64,000 nucleotides of DNA from assembly GCA_033442325.1 (NCBI GenBank), contig JAWQFM010000001.1, positions 265,376-329,375 of the forward strand, written 5' to 3'. The number at the start of each line of letters is the position of its first letter. The stretch's first letter is position 1. A program made the translations under genes and the position numbers. Origin of the DNA: Salpingoeca rosetta. Taxonomy: Eukaryota; Protista; Choanoflagellata. Below the pieces are notes generated by a model. That model did not search any database, was not told where the DNA came from, and saw only the letters and a list, made by a program, of their open reading frames with translations. Shown here piece by piece: positions 50,800 to 64,000 of this stretch.

Positions 50800-50899
50800 N
50801 NNNNNNNNNNNNNNNNNNNNNNNNNNNNNNNNNNNNNNNNNNNNNNNNNNNNNNNNNNNNNNNNNNNNNNNNNNNNNNNNNNNNNNNNNNNNNNNNNNN
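50800..50899. other. Assembly gap (100 N)
   Basis: N run. Confidence 0.99.
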
Positions 50900-51442
50900 C
50901 CACGGATCCCACCCACAATCAATCAAATCACCGCCATGTGACCGCCATCCCACCGCCACACACACCTCCTCCCAGCACATCGTGCCGGGTTGTCACTGGA
51001 CCGAGACGTGTTGGCTGTGGCTGCCCAACCAACCAACCAACCAACCAACCAACAAGCCATTCTCTGCACCACTCTCATCTCAACTTCAAGGTCAACTTCA
51101 CGCCAACAAGCAAGCAAGAAGGCAAGAGAGAGCGAGACTCCACACCACATGTCCTGGTCCGTTGTTGCGTCCGGGCCCCCCGCTGTTGTCCCTGTTGGTG
51201 ACATTTCGTTTCGACACCCACGCTGCTCACACTGCCATCATTCTCCTTTGCCTTTGCCTTGCTTGCTTGCTTGGATCGATCGTGTTCTGTTGTCTGTAGT
51301 TTGTTCAAGTCGTGTTGTGTCGTGGTTGCTGTCATCGACGTCGTCGCTTACCCCTCTCCCTACATCTCTCCTTCTCCCTTCCCTCTTCCTCCCCTCCCTC
51401 TTCCTCCCCCTTCTTCCTCTCCCTCTCCCTTCAACAACAGCC

Positions 51443-54273
<2,831 letters not shown>

Positions 54274-54670
54274 GCCCGCAGTATGCGGATGATGGGCGAT
54301 GGATGCTGGATGTGGCATGACTCTTGCTCATTGTGTGTTTTCCTGTGATCATATTGTCAAGCAAAACAAGTGAAGCAAGCAAGTATGCAAATGGGGCAAA
54401 CCGCACAAGACGTGCCTGCAGGCAAGGCGAAGCAGAAGTGCTTCAAGGAAATGAAGAGGAGGAGAGAAGTCACAGGCAAGAGGTGGGCGATGAAATGTAA
54501 CAATGAAGGCAGGTGTGGTTGGTGATGTGAATCGCATCCATCCATCCAGTACAGAGCAGCACGCATCCACCCAGCGCATGCACAACCCCACCAACAAAAA
54601 GAGAGGGGCAAGGGCCAGATGGTCAAGAGAGAAGAATCCATGACTGCTGATGGTGTTGTCACGACTGCTG

Positions 54671-56569
54671 TCACGACTGCTGCTGCTGATGGTGGTGGTG
54701 GTGGTGGTGTGCGACGGCTCGCAGGGTGGAGGCCATGTGCGCTGCTGCTGTGCGCATGTCCTCGGACTTCAGGCCAGTGGCGCTCAGAGTGATGGTCATG
54801 GCGCCCTTGTACGTCGTCACCGCAACATACACGCCGCGCACAAACTGGTGGAACGTGGCTGAGAGCGTGTCGAGAGAACAGCCGAGAGAAGGCAGCGCCT
54901 CCACGCGCCCGACATTGCCCGTGGTGATGGGGCACGGCGCACTGGTGACAGCGGCCTCCACAGCCTTGGCCACGGTGAACGCCGGCATGCGCTCAAAGAT
55001 CCACGCCGCGCTGGCGTATGCCTTGTCTTGCAGGGCGGCGTGCACGCCGTCCATGAACACGCGCGCGCCAGTCCAGAAGTCGGCGCACACAAGCGGCCGG
55101 CCGGCAGCAAGCACCATGGGGTGGGTGGTGGCCACGGCAACAGAGAGGTTGCCAACCATGTCCAGCGGCAGCGACCGGCCCGTGTGGGGCGTGTGCGCGC
55201 GTGCGTCGATGGTGGTGGTGACGGGAACACGGACGGTGCCGTTGGCCTGCATGACTTTGCTGGCGCGTGCAAGTGTGTCTGCGCTGTGCACGACGTGCTC
55301 CCGGTGGGCCATCAGCGCAGCCATGGTGATGGCGCCCGTCACCGTCGTGCCGTGTGCGCGGGCAGCAGCACGCAGGGCGGACACCACGTCTTTTTCCAGC
55401 TGACAGCGGGCGACAACGCACCGGCTGGTCTGCGATGGTGGTGGTGCCACCGCATCCTCTGCCCACTGCAGCGCCTTGTTGTCCTTGTCGTGAGCAAGGA
55501 GGTCTCGCATGGCCCCGAGGCCGCCACCAAAGAGGAAGTTGAGCCAGCCCTTCTTCTCCTCAGGCAGGAGGTCCACCAGTCGCGGTGGCGGCAGCCTGGC
55601 CAGCTCTGCATCCAGCGGCAGGGTTGTGCGGGTCAGGTCGTCGTCTTCCTTGCGGACAGAGCTGAGCTGATCGCTGCGCATGCTGTCATCGGCGGCGGTG
55701 TCGGTTGGTGCGGCTATGGCGGATGCGACGGCGCCGAGGTGGAACACCAGCTCCTTGAGCACCTGCACGACACCGCGAAGATCGGCGACAATGTGGGGTG
55801 CGGCAACAGCTATGCGGTATGTGCCATCCTCCTTGGAGCGCACGAGGGCAACGGCGAACAGGGCGCGGTGCGAGGCGTGGAAGTCGAAGGACATGTGCAG
55901 GAAGTCTGCCTCGACATCCTGCAGCGCAGCGTCGGCCGCCTCGCTTGTGGGCGCAGTCTGCATGACCACGGCCTGCGGTGGGATGTAGGGGGAGGGCCAT
56001 GTGTGCACGAGGAACGGCTCATCGAGATCGGCGTCCTTGGCAAGGACGTGCGCGCGCAGGCGGCAGTGCCGCTGCTGCACCCGGTACACGGCTGCGGCGA
56101 TGTGGTCCTTTGTGATGTGCTGGTCCAGTGGAATGCGATCGGGATCCACGCGCACCACACCAGATGCAACGAGGTTGGCTGCGCCGTTTCGCGGCAGGTG
56201 CAAGAACACGCTCTCTCCCTGGCTCACTGCTTGCCTGTGCTCCTCATACTGGTGTCTGAGCTGCTGCTGCTGCTGCTGTTGTTCTTGTTGTTGGTGCTGC
56301 TGCTGCTGTGGTGGCGGTGGTGGTAGTGGTGGTGATGACGATGGTGATGGTTGTGAGTTGGACGAGTGCCCTTGCCCTTGTTGCTGCTGCTGTTGTTGCT
56401 GGTGGTGTTTGAGAGTGCCAGTGGCGCCATCACTGTCAGCGCCGCTACCATCATCATTGTCGTCACTGTGCCTCTCTGCGTCCCCTTCCTCCTCGTCCAG
56501 TGGCACCTTCTCTTCTTGCACCTCTGGGCTGCTGCTGGCTGTTGCCACCTCTTCTGCCGCTTCGCTCAT
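54671..56569 (-). CDS. Intronless CoA-dependent acyltransferase (condensation/AATase/PapA5-like fold)
   Basis: VQQRHCRLRAHV, active-site-like PHIVADLRG (HxxxD), LRAAARAHGTTVTGAITMAA, TTIDAR, ITTGNVG, VAVTTYKGAMTIT; acidic, Q-rich N-terminal extension. Confidence 0.82.
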   Translation of the reverse strand: MSEAAEEVATASSSPEVQEEKVPLDEEEGDAERHSDDNDDGSGADSDGATGTLKHHQQQQQQQQGQGHSSNSQPSPSSSPPLPPPPPQQQQHQQQEQQQQQQQLRHQYEEHRQAVSQGESVFLHLPRNGAANLVASGVVRVDPDRIPLDQHITKDHIAAAVYRVQQRHCRLRAHVLAKDADLDEPFLVHTWPSPYIPPQAVVMQTAPTSEAADAALQDVEADFLHMSFDFHASHRALFAVALVRSKEDGTYRIAVAAPHIVADLRGVVQVLKELVFHLGAVASAIAAPTDTAADDSMRSDQLSSVRKEDDDLTRTTLPLDAELARLPPPRLVDLLPEEKKGWLNFLFGGGLGAMRDLLAHDKDNKALQWAEDAVAPPPSQTSRCVVARCQLEKDVVSALRAAARAHGTTVTGAITMAALMAHREHVVHSADTLARASKVMQANGTVRVPVTTTIDARAHTPHTGRSLPLDMVGNLSVAVATTHPMVLAAGRPLVCADFWTGARVFMDGVHAALQDKAYASAAWIFERMPAFTVAKAVEAAVTSAPCPITTGNVGRVEALPSLGCSLDTLSATFHQFVRGVYVAVTTYKGAMTITLSATGLKSEDMRTAAAHMASTLRAVAHHHHHHHQQQQS

Positions 56570-56702
56570 CTTGGTCGTTGATGACTCATCAACCAATCAC
56601 AGAAGAAGAAGAAGAACAAAAAAAAAAGAAGAAGTGCGCGAACGACCAAGAAGCAAGCGAACGAGCAACCAAGCAGCGAGCAAGACAGACAGAGAAGACG
56701 GG

Positions 56703-57181
56703 ATGGAGGATGGGTCGTGTCCGTACGAGGTGCTGGGTGTGCCCACCACCGCAACAGAGGCAGAGGTATATGCAGTCGCACACGGGGGTATTGCGGTGTG
56801 TGGTTGAGTGAGAGAATGAACGTGAGGTACACACGTTTGTTTGTGGTCGTCGGGTGGAGTGGGAACAACCATTGCACTCATCGATTGCAACACGTTGTCT
56901 GCCACTCATCACAAATGCTGTGCTGTGCAGATTCGCAAGGCATACAAGAAGCTGGCCCTCAAGTACCACCCCGACAAGAATCCAGATGACCCAGAGACAG
57001 GTGTGTGTGTGTGTGTGTGTCGAAATGAAAGGTGGATGATGGGAGAAGTGCTCATGTTGTTGGTGCTGTTGTTGGGGTGGGTGAAGTGATATGGTACGAT
57101 ACGTGAAGAAGACGACCAACAACAAAGGAAGCAAATGAAAGAAGTGACACGTGCAGATGCATCTGATCTCACCTCTCATAC

Positions 57182-57242
<61 letters not shown>

Positions 57243-57882
57243 ACACACACACTCGCACATCCCATGGGGTGTCAGCGGAGAAGATGTTCCGGCGAGCTGT
57301 CATGGCATCAGAGATGCTGCTGGATGCCACAGCAAAGGTGAGACACACACACACACACAGAGCGAACAAGAGGAGGCTTGTACGTCGTTCACCAGTCTTC
57401 AAGACGTCTTTGTGGACGTCGTGCTGGACGAGGTGTTGGAGTGGTTGCCGTTCTTTCTGGTGGTCTTTACTCACACAACACACACCACACGCACACAACT
57501 GCTGTAGGCTGCATATGACAAGGTGTTGAAGGCGAGGCAGGCTGCACGCGTGCGTTCGGAGAAGATGGATGCAGAGCACCGCAAAGCAAGAGAAGGTGTG
57601 TCTCGCTGTGCTGTTGGTTGTGGAAGCGTGCCTTTGTGCGCGTGTGACTGGGTTGTGTTGCATCTTATGTGTGTCCCTGTGGTCTTGTTGCCATCGTGGA
57701 TGCATTCACACTCACCCACACACACACGCGCACATTCAATTGCGTGCATGCCGTTGACTGGCAGACCTTGAGGCGAGGGAACAGGCACACAAGCGCAGCA
57801 AGACTGCAGCAGAGACATTGCAACGTGACTTGGAAGCACAGGTGTGCTCCTGCGCTGCGCTTTGCTGATGTCTTGCACTTGT

Positions 57883-57977
<95 letters not shown>

Positions 57978-58691
57978 CCCCTGCCCAGTATGAGCAGCCA
58001 CCATCATCATTACTCACCACGTTGCTGCCTGTCGCCTTGATGACAGATTCGCAGATTACGGGCTGAGGGCGCACGCAAGCTACAGGTGTGTGTGCGCGCG
58101 TGTGTGCGTGTGTTGGTCTATGCCACTGCTCCCGTGCGTTGATCCCTGTCTTATCACTGCCACCACCACCACCATCACCATCGTCACCGTCTCCACACTT
58201 CTGCTGCGCAATCCCTTGCAGGAGGAAGAGGACAGGTTCAGGGAAATGCTGAGGACAGCGAATCGAGGAGATCAGGTGGTGAGTGTGTGCGAGTGTGTGC
58301 GAGTGTGAGTGAGTGTGCATTCGTGCGAGTGTATGTACCCACAATATCAACCTTTGTGGATTGCTGCTGGGGTTTGCGCAGCGCTGGCAATGCGTCCTGT
58401 GTTGGTCACACACACACACACATACACACACACGCTGTTGCATCCTGTGATTTGTGACATGCCCTCTCACAACCTCAATGTACGAACACCACTTTGCTGA
58501 CGATACCATGTGTGTGTATGTGTTCCTTTGTGGTTTGTGTCATTGCTGATTGGTTGATTGCACAGGATGCGACGGTGGTGAAGAGCGACTTCTCCGAGGA
58601 CTTTGAAGCAAAAGTGCTGGCACGCATGCGTGCTCATGGCCACGCACGAAGAGAACACATGCAGCAGCAACAGCAGCAACAGGCTGCGTAG
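56703..58691 (+). CDS. DNAJC17: DnaJ protein, DNAJC17/Cwc23-like (J domain + coiled coil + C-terminal helix)
   Basis: [70 protein letters not shown]. Confidence 0.8.
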
Positions 58692-59301
58692 CTGTTGGTG
58701 GTGGGTGAGAACGTGCTGTGGGAGAAGAGGAGGCCGAGAACTGAGTTCGCACGCAGGCACTTGACATCAACGGCCTTGTTGTTGCTGTGGCTGCTGTTGG
58801 TGATGGCGAGCTTCCTTTTGCAACTGTTTGGTTAGATTGGATGATATGACACGCAATGTACACAGAGATGCGTCGCAATAAACAATCCTTCATGTCAAAC
58901 ACCACACATCCTCACGCTCTGACAACAACAGCACGCATCGACACTAGTGTTCTTGCACGCAAAACGCCCAGCAAGCAAGCAACAAACCCAAAATCAGGGT
59001 GGTGGCCACGCCCCTTTTGTGGTTGTCAGTGGTTTGTGTGTTTTGCGTGCGGTCCCAACACCCTCGCACGCGATCGACACTTTCACGCCCAGCCACTCAA
59101 GCACACCAAACGTTGTTTTGGGTGGAATCGGCTTACTACTTACTTTGACTGCTTCTCACGCAAGCGCAGGCGGTCTGACCAGTCAATCGCTGTGGTGTTC
59201 CTGATCACCACCCAGACAGACAGGCACCTGACCTTCTTCACCAGCACCGGCACCAGTGCAACAAGCAAGCAGCCGCCACCGAGACCGGCACCACCGGCGA
59301 G

Positions 59302-62300
59302 ATGGCTCTGTTTGGTGGCGCCAGCCAGGGTGCTGGGCGCACTGCGCTGTGCAACGGCGACTTTGTGTCGCTGTTTGTGGAGGAGCTCAAGGGCTTCGCC
59401 AGCGTGGACATTCTGTCGACGCGCGAGGTCACCGTGTACCAGGGCGACACGGACTCCGCGTTTGATGGCAGCACAAGCACCAAGTCATCCTCGGAGACCG
59501 CGACCGCGCCCAACTTTGAGCAGTCGTGCGTCTTCCAGATCAAGGCGGTCACCGATCTGCCGGAGGGCGCCAGCCTCAAGTACGGTGATGTCGTGCGCAT
59601 CATCCACCGCAGCACCCAGCGCAGCATGACGCGCCAGAACCGCGCCGTCAACGGCAAGCACGCCGTGGCGCTGGAGAACACGGACCGTGCCGCCGCGCAC
59701 TTCCGCCTCCTCCCGCGCTTCAAGATCCGCTCCGTCGGCGAGCCCGTGCTGCTCAACGACCAGGTCATCTTCCAGAACGAGGTGGTCATCGAGGGCAACC
59801 GCACGTACCTGATGACGGACCGGCCAGAGGACTCGCCCAAGGTCCTCATGGAGTGCGGCTCAAGCAAGACCACGGGCATCCGCGTGCGCCTGTTTGCGGC
59901 CTACAACGTCTCCAGCAAGGCCTTTGTCCACGTCCTCAAGGGCGGCGACTTTGTGCGCCTGTTCCACCACGAGGCCAACGGGTTCCTTGTCGTTGCGCGC
60001 CACATTGGCACGGGCGATGCGCACGACTTCCTCGGCCGCGACAACACCGTGTGCCTGCGCACCTTGGCCGTCGGCCGCAGCCCGGACGAGTACCACGACG
60101 CAAGCTCCATCTGGCAGGTGGAGCTCGAGGACACCCAGCGCCGCGGCGGCAGGCCCGTGCTGTGGACGGACCGCGTGCGCCTGAAGAACGTCCTCACCAA
60201 CGAGTTCCTGGATGTGCGCACCACGTCGTCCACGGGGGCCATGGCGCCCACGGCAGACAAGGGCAGCTCCAACCTCTTCTCCTTTGTGCAGTCGACGCAC
60301 TCCGCGCAGGAGGGCGACGCGCCCGCCACGGCGCTGCTGTCGCGCCAGGAGGACCTGCGCATCCCCTACCACACGTTCTTCTTCCTGCGCGGCAGCGGCA
60401 ACCCGGAGGTGACGGACCAGTTCCTGCACGTGGACTCGGAGCACTACGCCGTGGAGGAGGACGAGGAAGGCGACGACACCGGGCAGAGCAGCACGTTTGC
60501 GCAGACGGTGCTCATTGCCACGCACGACGAGGACGCCTTCTCGCTGCAGTCCGTGCACCAGCAGGACATTCGCGACTTCTACTACGCGCTCGGCCACGTC
60601 AAGGTGCTCACGCGCCTGGCAGCAGACGACGTGCTGACAGACGTCACCAACCCCGTGCACGCGGACCTGTACAAGCGCGCGCGCCGCAGCATCCACGCGC
60701 TCATCCAGTTCTGCTCGGAGGACAAGATTGAGGATGATGAGGACGTGGTGGGCCGCGCCAACACCCTGCACCAGAACATCCTCTTTGACCTGCAGGTGCA
60801 GGTGCCGCTCATGAAGGTGGTCAGCCTTCCCTTCCACGGCGCACACTGCGCAGAGTGGGGCAAGGGGTGGCGGGAGCGCCTGACACAGACACAGTACCGC
60901 CACTACAACAAGCTCGCCCGCGACGTGTACCGCCTCATCAGCTACCTGTGCCGGGAGAACGTGCACATTGGGCTCATGTTTGCCAACGCGCACCTGACGG
61001 CCATGATCAACCAGTGCCGGCTGATTGGCTACCTGGACGGCATCAACTGGGACATTGCCGACGCCATTGACGAGATGTTTAAGGACAACACCATCCTGCT
61101 CAACCGCGTCACGAAGCAGTCGATTGAGACATACCTCTCCCTCATCCACGAGGCGCACACCACCACCGCTCTCGAGCAGTACCTGCGCCTCCTCGCCGCC
61201 CTGTGCTCTGTCGACGGTGAGGCCATCACCTCCACCCAAGCCAGCATCCGCGACCTCATGCTTGTTCCTGGCGCGCCGTCAGCGGACGTTCTGCCCTCCA
61301 TCGCCAACGGTCCCAGCGGCATGCGCATCACCGCGCGTGTGCTCACCCCTGGCAAGCCCTTCCGCGCATGGAGCACCGTGACCCTCCCCTTACAGGAGTA
61401 CCTGAAGGACCACGACAACCTCGAGTACTTTGACGCCACGCTGGAGCTGTTTGCCCAGCTGTGCCTGGAGGGCAACTGCCAGGGCGAGCTGCGCGCGGCG
61501 GCCCGCACGCCCTTCCCCATGATCATGGGCGCCCTCAAGTCGCAGCTGCCGCCGCACGTCAAGGCGCGCTTCTGCACGCTCCTCGTCAACCTGTACATCG
61601 ACGGCGACGACCTGCCGGACGTGGACCACTCCAACCGGCGCTGGCAGGACCTGGCCAACCACAAGTCGCACGCAAAGCTCAAGACTGCGGCGGTGCAGCT
61701 GTTTGACGTGGACGAGGTGGTGAACTGGGTGGAGGCGTACCTGTCGCAGAACGGCCTGCTCACCTACAACCACGAGTACCACAGCGCAGCCAACAGCAAG
61801 AAGCCCGAGATGATCGCCCTCAAGCAGGACGAGCTGCACCGCAACATGCTCACGGAGCAGGTGGTGCACGTTGCGCTTGCCCTGGTGAACAAGGGCCTGT
61901 ACTGGGACGCCGGCAGCAGGAAGCGGCTGGTGCGGCTGCTGCTCACGCTGCTCGTGCGTACGCACCCGGGCGAGAACGATGACCTGAGCGCAACATCGTC
62001 GCTGGACGTGGTCATGCAGGCCAAGACGCTGGTGTGCCGCGCCCTCGGCGCGTGCATGGACGCGAACCTGGACGAGGTGGTGACGGAGCTGCTCACGGCG
62101 TTCAAGAAGGAGTATTTGGCGCACAAGCACAAGCACATTGAGGCGCACGCGGACGACCGTGCCCTGCACGAGGTCAGCCTCATCCAGCACAACGGCGATC
62201 ACCGCCACTTCTTCGAGACGGACGGCCTGTCGCAGCAGCAGATTGTGCACCTGCTGCTGGCGCTGACAACCTACCCGAGCGACGGGCTGCGGGTCGCGGC

Positions 62301-64000
62301 GCTCAATCTCCTGCTGCGCTGCTTCAACGTCAAGGGCTCCGTGCTGGCCCGCCTGTCGGATGTCGTCGTCATTGCAGACAGCAAGGACGAGGCTGCCCTG
62401 GAGAAGCTGGAGCAGCTGCTGCTGACGCTCAAGCACGAGGACCATGACGACCTGCACACTGCGGCCGCGCACATGACTGAAGAGATTGAGTGGATGTGCT
62501 CGCAGTGCATCACCGTCAACGGCACGCTGGCAGCCGACCTGCTGGCCCCCGGGGACAGCAGCAGCAGCAGCAGTAAGGCGGGGAGGAGGAAGCGGAAGGG
62601 CGTGAGTGGCCCACGTCTGCCGTGGCGCAAGCCCGGTGTGAGTATTGAGCCGCACCATGCGCACCAGGAGATGATGCGCAACGCCAACGCGCACAAGGCC
62701 GTACTGCACATCCTTCACCACCACCTCTCTGGCGCCGACCTCAAGACGGCGCTCAAGGACGACCGAGCGCGGGATCTGTTTGCCGCGTGTTTTGAATTCC
62801 TCGCCTTCTTCTGCCTGCACAACAAGCACAACCAGGAGCTGCTTGGGCACGCGCACGACATCTCGTTCTTCGTGCACGCGTGCTCGTACGGCATCCACGC
62901 AGAGAAGGTGCTGCACCGTATTCTGGAGGGCGAGCCCGACCTGGTGCAGGAGCACGTGGTGGACGAAGGCAAGGTGGACCGCCTCATTGCAGACCTGATC
63001 AAGGAGCCGCGCTGTCGCAACGTCGACTTCCTCAAGCTGATGGAGGTGATTGTTGCGCCCACGGGCACGCCCTCGCGGGAGCTACAGGACCTGGTGGGCG
63101 AACATTTCCTGCAGGCAGAGGAGAAGAGCCATCTCTTTGAGCACGAGCTTGGTTCCTCCCACTTCATCTCGTTCATCGTGTCCACCTACACCAAGACCGG
63201 TGGTCGTGGTGATGACGAAGATGATAATGGCACCAGCGCACAGCCGCTCTCCGCCCGCGAGCATGATCTCCGCGATTTCTTTGAGCAGCTGCTGTCATTC
63301 TATGCGGTGACAGCGCACGGGAACCAGGGCACCGCAGCCCATGTTGCCAAGCACGTGCCGCTCGCTGAACTTGCACAGCCCTTCATTGACGGCGTCACAC
63401 TCCCAACCGCCACAAAGGTGCTTATGTGTGTGTATTTCGTGTATTTCGTGTGTGTGTGTGTGTGCGTGTGTTTGTGGTGAGGATTTGTGTCTTATGTGTG
63501 TATTTCGTGTGCATCTGTGATAATGCCCTGTTCTGAAATGTTGCAGCTCCGTTCATGTTCACTTTGACACTGTGTGCTCGCCGTGTTTCATTCTTGCATG
63601 TGTATGCCTTCACTCTCAGACTCACATTTCTTTCCTTCCACGCACACGCACAAACACACGCACACATGCACGCACAAATACACATACACACATACACGCA
63701 CGCACGCACGCACGCACAAACACATACACACGCACGCACGCACAAACACACATACACACACATGCACGCACAAATACACATGCACACACACCGCCAGTCT
63801 CGCCTGCTGACGCTGATCCGAGATGTGTACCTGCTGCACGGCACGGACGAGGATGGCGATGGTGTTGTCGACGATGTTGATGCTGAGGATTTTGGATTCG
63901 TGTCTGCCGCAGCCAAGCAGGAGACGTGCGTGAGACTCTGTGGACCCCTGGCCAACGAGCTGCGGGCCATCGACAAGGGGTGGAAGCACAAGCCAAGCAA
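59302..64000 (+). CDS. ITPR: Inositol 1,4,5-trisphosphate receptor-like channel (suppressor, MIR and RIH domains), 5' part only; first exon about 4.1 kb
   Basis: LCNGDFVSLF, LKYGDVVRIIH, FRLLPRFKIRSVGEPV, LKGGDFVRLFH, SSIWQVE, RVRLKNVLTNEFL, HDEDAFSL, KARFCTLLVNLYID, HQEMMRNANAHKAVL, FLAFFCLHNKHNQELL. The gene continues past the window end. Confidence 0.92.

Noticed and set aside
59860-62955. Long antisense ORFs (459 aa and 521 aa) opposite the IP3R-like exon; similar ones lie opposite the PKC and the acyltransferase
   Set aside because: These are shadow ORFs expected from high GC3 codon bias, with no recognisable motifs.

Overview
Intron-rich, GC-rich eukaryotic DNA whose introns are full of (CA)n/(GT)n microsatellites. 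The gene content (SH2 fusions, PLC-beta, TPC, IP3R) and intron style suggest a choanoflagellate such as Salpingoeca rosetta; this is an inference. There are three assembly gaps, and I saw no rRNA, tRNA or CRISPR. About 16 protein-coding genes can be reconstructed by splicing exons by eye: a partial acidic protein; a conventional-type PKC that lacks C1 domains and carries a C-terminal SH2; a virilizer/VIRMA-like protein; OSCP1; a two-repeat TMEM175-like channel; an exostosin-family (GT47) glycosyltransferase; PLC-beta; a divergent two-pore channel; TFIIIC subunit 6; a FYVE-like/SH2/zinc-ribbon adaptor; a Tim44/MAIP1-like protein; a CYTH-like protein; SQOR; an intronless CoA-dependent acyltransferase; a DNAJC17-like protein without an RRM; and the 5' part of an IP3-receptor-like channel that has lost most IP3-binding residues. 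The most notable feature is the concentration of Ca2+/phosphoinositide and endolysosomal signalling genes, several of which appear rewired at their ligand-sensing or selectivity sites. Exon boundaries are manual estimates, and all reference motifs are recalled rather than aligned by software.
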